Positions 58,893 to 64,000 of a DNA stretch of 64,000 bases are shown here, piece after piece (position 1 is the first letter of the stretch; each line of letters opens with the position of its first letter). Source of the stretch: Heteronotia binoei (taxonomy: Eukaryota); assembly GCF_032191835.1 (NCBI RefSeq), contig NC_083232.1, positions 930,001-994,000 of the forward strand, read 5' to 3'. A program made the translations under genes and the position numbers. Under the pieces are notes generated by a model that worked only from the letters and a program-made list of their open reading frames with translations, made no database searches and was not told the DNA's origin.

Positions 58893-61712
58893 TTCTTTTG
58901 CCCAGAGCCAGGCTGACTGGCCACCTGTGACACTGGGCCATAACAATAGAATAAACATTATTGGTGGTATCTGCAACACAGGGACTTCAGAGGTTTGAAT
59001 TGCCCCTTATTGCTTCATGTTTCGGCTCTGCTCTCCTCATAGCAAAAAATGGAGGATCTTTGCAACCTTTGGGCAGATCCAGTCAGACGGCATCCTGCCC
59101 CCTTCTTGAGCGGATCTTTGATCCGCAAAATAACAGGAAGGCCAAAGTGCTGGGACGGGATGCTGCTGGCCTTGTGGATTTGGAAGCTGAAACTGAACAC
59201 TTCCCCTCCATCTTTACCTGTGTTCTTCCCAGAGGGGGAGTTAACTGCAGCCGCCCCAGGGACCTGGAAAGAGAGACAGTGCCTGGCTTCTGGCACCCAT
59301 CCAAGTCAGGCCCTCGTGGGGTAAAAGTTGCCACACCAGAGTCAACCGGCTGGCCAGCTCTGCAATATGGGAAGGGGAGAAGCCTTTGCCACTCCCCCCC
59401 CCCCCCAACTGGAGAAGCTGCTGCTCCTTCCCTCCTCCTTCAAGAGGTGTTTTCCAGGACAGCAGGGGGGCGGGAGCAGCAATGCCTTTGTCTCTGGGGG
59501 GTGGTGAGGGTGGCTGCGTATGGCAGCTCCAGTGGCATCCCTGCTCAGTTGCCCCTGGCAGTGCACAGGTGAAACCATGAAGCTGCCTTCTGCTGAATCA
59601 GACTCCCTCCCTCTCCGTGGCCCATCATGGCCGGTCTTGTCTGCTCTGGCTGGCAGCAGCTCTGCAGGGCTCAGGCAGACAGGGCCGGTCCTAGATTAGC
59701 TGGCATCCTCGACAAGGCTAACTTTTGCCCCTTCCCCCCGCACTGATAACCAGATGAATTGTGGGGGGAATGAAAAGCACAACAATTGCAATTGCTCCTT
59801 GATCTGGATAGGCCAGGTCACTGAGTCATGTGGGGGGCACCCAGTTTGGAGGCCCAAGGAGGCTGGCGCTCTAGGCAGAGCCAGCCCTGCAGGCAGAGGA
59901 GGCCTTCCACACCCCCTCCTGCAAGAACCTTTAACTGGGGATGCTGAAGGCTGAGCTCTTCATGCCAAGCAGAGGCTCTTCCGCCTTCCTCTCACAGTCT
60001 GACCACAGAGCCTTCTGGCCCTTGAACGTGCTGGGAAAGTTCCCTGCCAGCCACTTCCTTGTGCGCGCCTAGATCCTGTTTTCAGGCCTGTGCCGGATGG
60101 GCCCTTCCAGCTCATGCCAGCCTCTGCCCCACAGCCTCTCCCCAAAGGGGAACTTGAAGCCTCACAGAGTCTGAAATGGAGTAAGGCCTGTTGTGAAGAC
60201 AAATACAGTGGGCTCTTGAGGGAGGATCTGGAGGAGTGCCCTCCCCCCCTTGCTGTCGTCCTACTCAAGTGAAGGCGTTCACTCCTCCCCCCACACACAC
60301 ATCTCAAGGGAAGCTGATCTCTGCCATCTGGATAGCAGTTGTAATTCTGAGTGATCTCCAGCCCTCACCTGGAGATTGGCAAGAGTGGTTCCCCAGGAGG
60401 AAATCGCATTATACCTGTCTGAGGTCCCACCCTTCCTCAAACCCCACCTTCTCTAGGCTCCACCCCTTCAATCTTCAGGAATTTCTTAACCTGGAGTTGG
60501 CAGGTCTGCAGCCTCTAAATAGGAAAAGAACCATCTTTCTTCACGGGGTGGGGGGACCAAATCAGCTTGCATCATTCTCCTCTTCCCTCTCCCCCCTTTG
60601 ATCTCAACACCAATCCTGTGAGGCTTCCCCATCTCCGTCTCAGGCACCCGTCCTGGGGTGGGGCTGAAAAGGGACTACCTTGCCTCAGTTGGGTCATTGG
60701 AGCCTCTAGGGACAGTTCAGGCTGGATTGGATCTTTGCAATTCTGTCAATAAATGGAAGCATTAGAAGGCGAGAGGGAGGGGTTGTGAGTAGGATTCCTG
60801 CTCTCTCCCAGTTGTGGGCAGGGGATACCAAATACAGCCAGATCCTGTAGCCAGATCCAGGCTGGAGATCTGGGGGTGGAGGCTGGGGAGGGCGGGGGAT
60901 GCAGTGCCCTGGAATCCACCCTCCAAAGTGTCCGCTCTCTCCAGGTGTCCGCTCTCTCCTCAGATCCAGGCACACACAGGCTCATACCCAGAAGGAAACT
61001 TTGTTGGTCTTAAGGGAGCAAGAAGTTTGTTCCGTTGCTTCAGGCCAACACAGCAACCCACCTGAATCTATCTTTTTCTCCAGGGGAACTGACTTCTGTA
61101 GTCTGGAGAAGAGCTGGAATTTCGGAGGATCCCCAGGTCCCACCTGGAGGCCGCTGGCATCCTGTGCTGGGACTGATGAATGCCGCGACTCCTTTGGGCA
61201 AAGGGCTGTGGAAATGGGTCACCCGAAGAGGCCTGCTTTTTGTTTCTGGACAGAGCAGGATGGAGCGAGTGATCTTTGGAGGCCCAAGCAGCACTTTGGG
61301 AGCTGCCCTGTGAGTGACGCCTGTTCTTTTGGGAGATCTTAGGAATTCTTGGGGGGGGGGGGATGGAGGGGTGGATTCCAAGCCTTATGAACTCTATCAC
61401 CAAATAAGCCAGGCTTTCTTGGGAGATGGGGGGACCTTGCAGGGGGGGGGCACTCAGCCTGCTGTGGGGCTTGGAATTCTTGGCAGAGATGAGTCGGAGA
61501 CCAGGAAGTGGGGATAAGCAGAGATCCGCCTGGGGAGGGGGACGATGTGGGAGCCAGCAGGGGCTCTCAGAGCATAAAGCAGCCAGCCGCGTCAGCCCCC
61601 AAAGCTCTGAGAGACGCATCCTAGTTACCTGCAAACAGGTCCGGGCCACTGCGAGGGGGCAGAGTGGCCCCCTCTCCTCCCCTCAAACCTGCGTTGCTGG
61701 GAAGGGATACAT

Positions 61713-62620
61713 GTCCAGTCTGGTGGAGTGGTTAAGTGCAGGACTCTTATCTGGGAGAACCGGCTTTGATTCCCCACTCCTCCACTTGCACCTCCTGGAA
61801 TGGCCTTGGGTTAGCTATAGCTATAGCAGTGGTTGTCCTTGAAAGGGCAGCTGCTGAGAGCCCTCTCAGCCCCACCCACCTCACAGGGTGTCTGTTGTGG
61901 GGGGAGAAGATATAGGAGATTGTGAGCTGCTCTGAGTCTCTGATTCAGGGAGAAGGGCAGGGTATAAATCTGCAGTCTTCTTCTTCCAGTTTGGTGTAGT
62001 GGTTAAGTTTGCGGACTCTTATCTGGGAGAACCGGGTTTGCTTCCCCACTCCTCAACTTGCACCTGCTGAAATGGCCTTGGGTCAGCCATTGCTCTAATA
62101 GAGAGCCAGTTTGGTGTAGTGGTGAAGTGCATGGACTCTTATCTGGGAGAACCGGGTTTGATTCCCCACTCCTCCACTTGCACCTGCTGGAATGGCCTTG
62201 GGTCAGCCATAGCTCTAATAGAGAGCCAGTTTGGTGTAGTGGTGAAGTGCATGGACTCTTATCTGGGAGAACCGGGTTTGATTCCCCACTCCTCCACTTG
62301 CACCTGCTGGAATGGCCTTGGGGCAGCCATAGCTCTAATAGAGAGCCAGTTTGGTGTAGTGGTTAAGTGTGCAGACTCTTATCTGGGAGAACCGGGTTTG
62401 ATTCCCCACTCCTCCACTTGCACCTGCTGAGATGGCCTTAGATCAGCCATAGCTCTGGCAGAGGTTGTCCTTGAAAGGGCAGCTGCTGTGAGAGGCCTCT
62501 CGGCCCCACCCACCTCACAGGGCGTCTGTTGTGGGGGTAGAAGATAAAGGAGATTGTGAGCCGCTCTGAGTCTCTGATTCAGGGAGAAGGGCGGGGTATA
62601 AATCTGCAATTCTTCTTCTC
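61713..62620 (+). mobile_element. Single-headed CORE-SINE (61713-61986) directly followed by a 4-headed copy (61985-62620)
   Basis: Heads near 61985, 62105, 62225 and 62345, then body and tail. Confidence 0.88.
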
Positions 62621-63282
62621 ATCACAGCATCCCCAAGAGCGAGGAGGCAGCAGCCAGGAGGACTCCCCGTTCCTCTCCTTTTGTGTCTGTTTGCTCTCCC
62701 CATAAATCAATGGGGGCCCAGGAGGAATGAAAAGAGCTGGTTACGGGACGGGGACTGGGAAGGGCCATCCAACCAGATCCACCTGCCCCCTCCAAAGACC
62801 GCCTCAAGCAACCCCCCCCCCCCAGTTGCCACCTGCAGAGGGATAATGGCTGATGGGGCTGTGGGAGTGATTGACGTCTCAGTGTTTTGACGCCTGCTTT
62901 GAACGCTCAAGAACGGAGGTGTCCAGAATGCTAAGAAAGAGGATTATTGGGATCACAAAGTTTTAGGCAACTGGGGGAGGTGGTGATCTGGGGCGGGGGG
63001 GGGGGGGGGAGGAGCTTATGAAGAAGCCCTCATGGGGAGGAGAAGGGGCCAACTAGGACCCCCAGCAGCCCCACCTGAGCAGGCACATCTCCTAGCCACA
63101 CAAACCTCCTCCCATCTGGCTGTCCAGGCTCTTTGCCAGCTGCCAGCTCTGGATCCCCTCGGCCTGCTGGGAGGGGAGGAGAAGGCAGGCTCCCACTGAC
63201 TGGCCAGTGCTTGCGTGGCAGAGGCCTGTCCAATCCCAAGACCCCCAGATGTCTCCCAAGACCACTGGTCCTGCAGGACAGA

Positions 63283-63361
63283 TATAAATGCGCCTCCTCC
63301 TCACCTCGCCTGATGTGCTCCCTGGCAGCAGGCACCTGGGGGCCTCTGGGAGCCCCGGCAG
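63283..63361 (+). promoter_or_regulatory. TATA box and short first exon of a plus-strand gene running off the window (SSPO candidate by synteny)
   Basis: TATAAA 63283-63288; perfect donor CAG|GTAAGT at 63361/63362; ATG at 63313 gives MCSLAAGTWGPLGAPA(G), phase 1, but sits at the predicted TSS. Confidence 0.35.
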
Positions 63362-63582
63362 GTAAGTGGAGGGCTGTGCAGGATGGGGGGGAGGGGGGTC
63401 ACTGGGGGGGGGGGTAAGAGCAGACAATGTCTGGAGAGACCCACTTCGTCTCTTGCTCCACGGAGATTCCTTCCAACTGAAGAGTGGATTTCAGCAAGAA
63501 ACAGTGACTCACTCTTCAGCCACCGGTTCTTGCTGAGGGCTCTGGGGTAAAGAAGGCACGGAAGTGGACCTCCAGCAGCAAA

Positions 63583-64000
63583 GCTGGTGTAGTGGTTAAG
63601 TGTGTGGACTCTTATCTGGGAGAACCGGGTTTGATCCCCCACTCCTCCCCTTGCAGCTGCTGGAATGGCCTTGGGTCAGCCGTAGCTCTAATAGAGAGCC
63701 AGTTTGGTGTAGTGGTTAAGTGTGCGGACTCTTATCTGGGAGAACCGGGTTTGATTCCCCACTCCTCCACTTGCACCTGCTGGAATGGCCTTGGGTCAGC
63801 CATAGCTCTAATAGAGAGCCAGTTTGGTGTAGTGGTTAAGTGTGTGGACTCTTCTCTAGGAGAACCGGGTTTGATTCCCCACTCCTCCACTTGCACCTGC
63901 TGGAATGGCCTTGGGTCAGCCAGAGCTCTAATAGAGAGCCAGTTTGGTGTAGTGGTTAAGTGTGCGGACTCTTATCTGGGAGAACCGGGTTTGATTCCCC
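63583..64000 (+). mobile_element. Multi-headed CORE-SINE, at least 4 heads, cut by the window edge
   Basis: Same 120-bp unit and same ctctaatagagagccag junction. Confidence 0.88.

Noticed and set aside
58961-61380. ORFs and splice-like motifs between the SINE arrays as SSPO or other exons
   Set aside because: No translation matched the recalled SSPO N-terminus or any family I know; no consistent exon chain could be built.

Overview
Vertebrate (squamate, most likely gecko; inferred from Sauria SINE, CORE-SINE, CR1, L2 and Penelope content) GC-rich gene-dense region homologous to human 7q36.1. Four protein-coding genes can be reconstructed by hand from splice signals. (1) A minus-strand C2H2 zinc-finger gene with 7 fingers and a frameshifted KRAB-A exon (CDS 13465->7312), sitting where REPIN1/ZNF775 sit in mammals. 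(2) RARRES2/chemerin (+, 4 coding exons, 159 aa). (3) LRRC61 (-, single coding exon, 263 aa). (4) ZNF467 (-, 12 fingers, with an in-frame but degenerate KRAB-A/B; 725 aa, or 779 aa with a cassette exon). A TATA-driven first exon near the right edge may be SSPO. The non-genic DNA is dominated by tandem arrays built from retroelement ends: 100-bp, ~133-bp and 59/67-bp arrays of the extreme 3' ends of three CR1 subfamilies, and four 'multi-headed' CORE-SINEs carrying 4-17 tandem 120-bp tRNA-like heads joined by one shared linker. The LRRC61 and ZNF467 CpG-island promoters are each bracketed by inverted arrays, and part of the LRRC61 island is a GC-converted CR1 fragment. Gene names and synteny come from recalled human sequences, not from searches. 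Exon models have no transcript support yet. Most ORFs in the supplied track are GC-rich or repeat artefacts.
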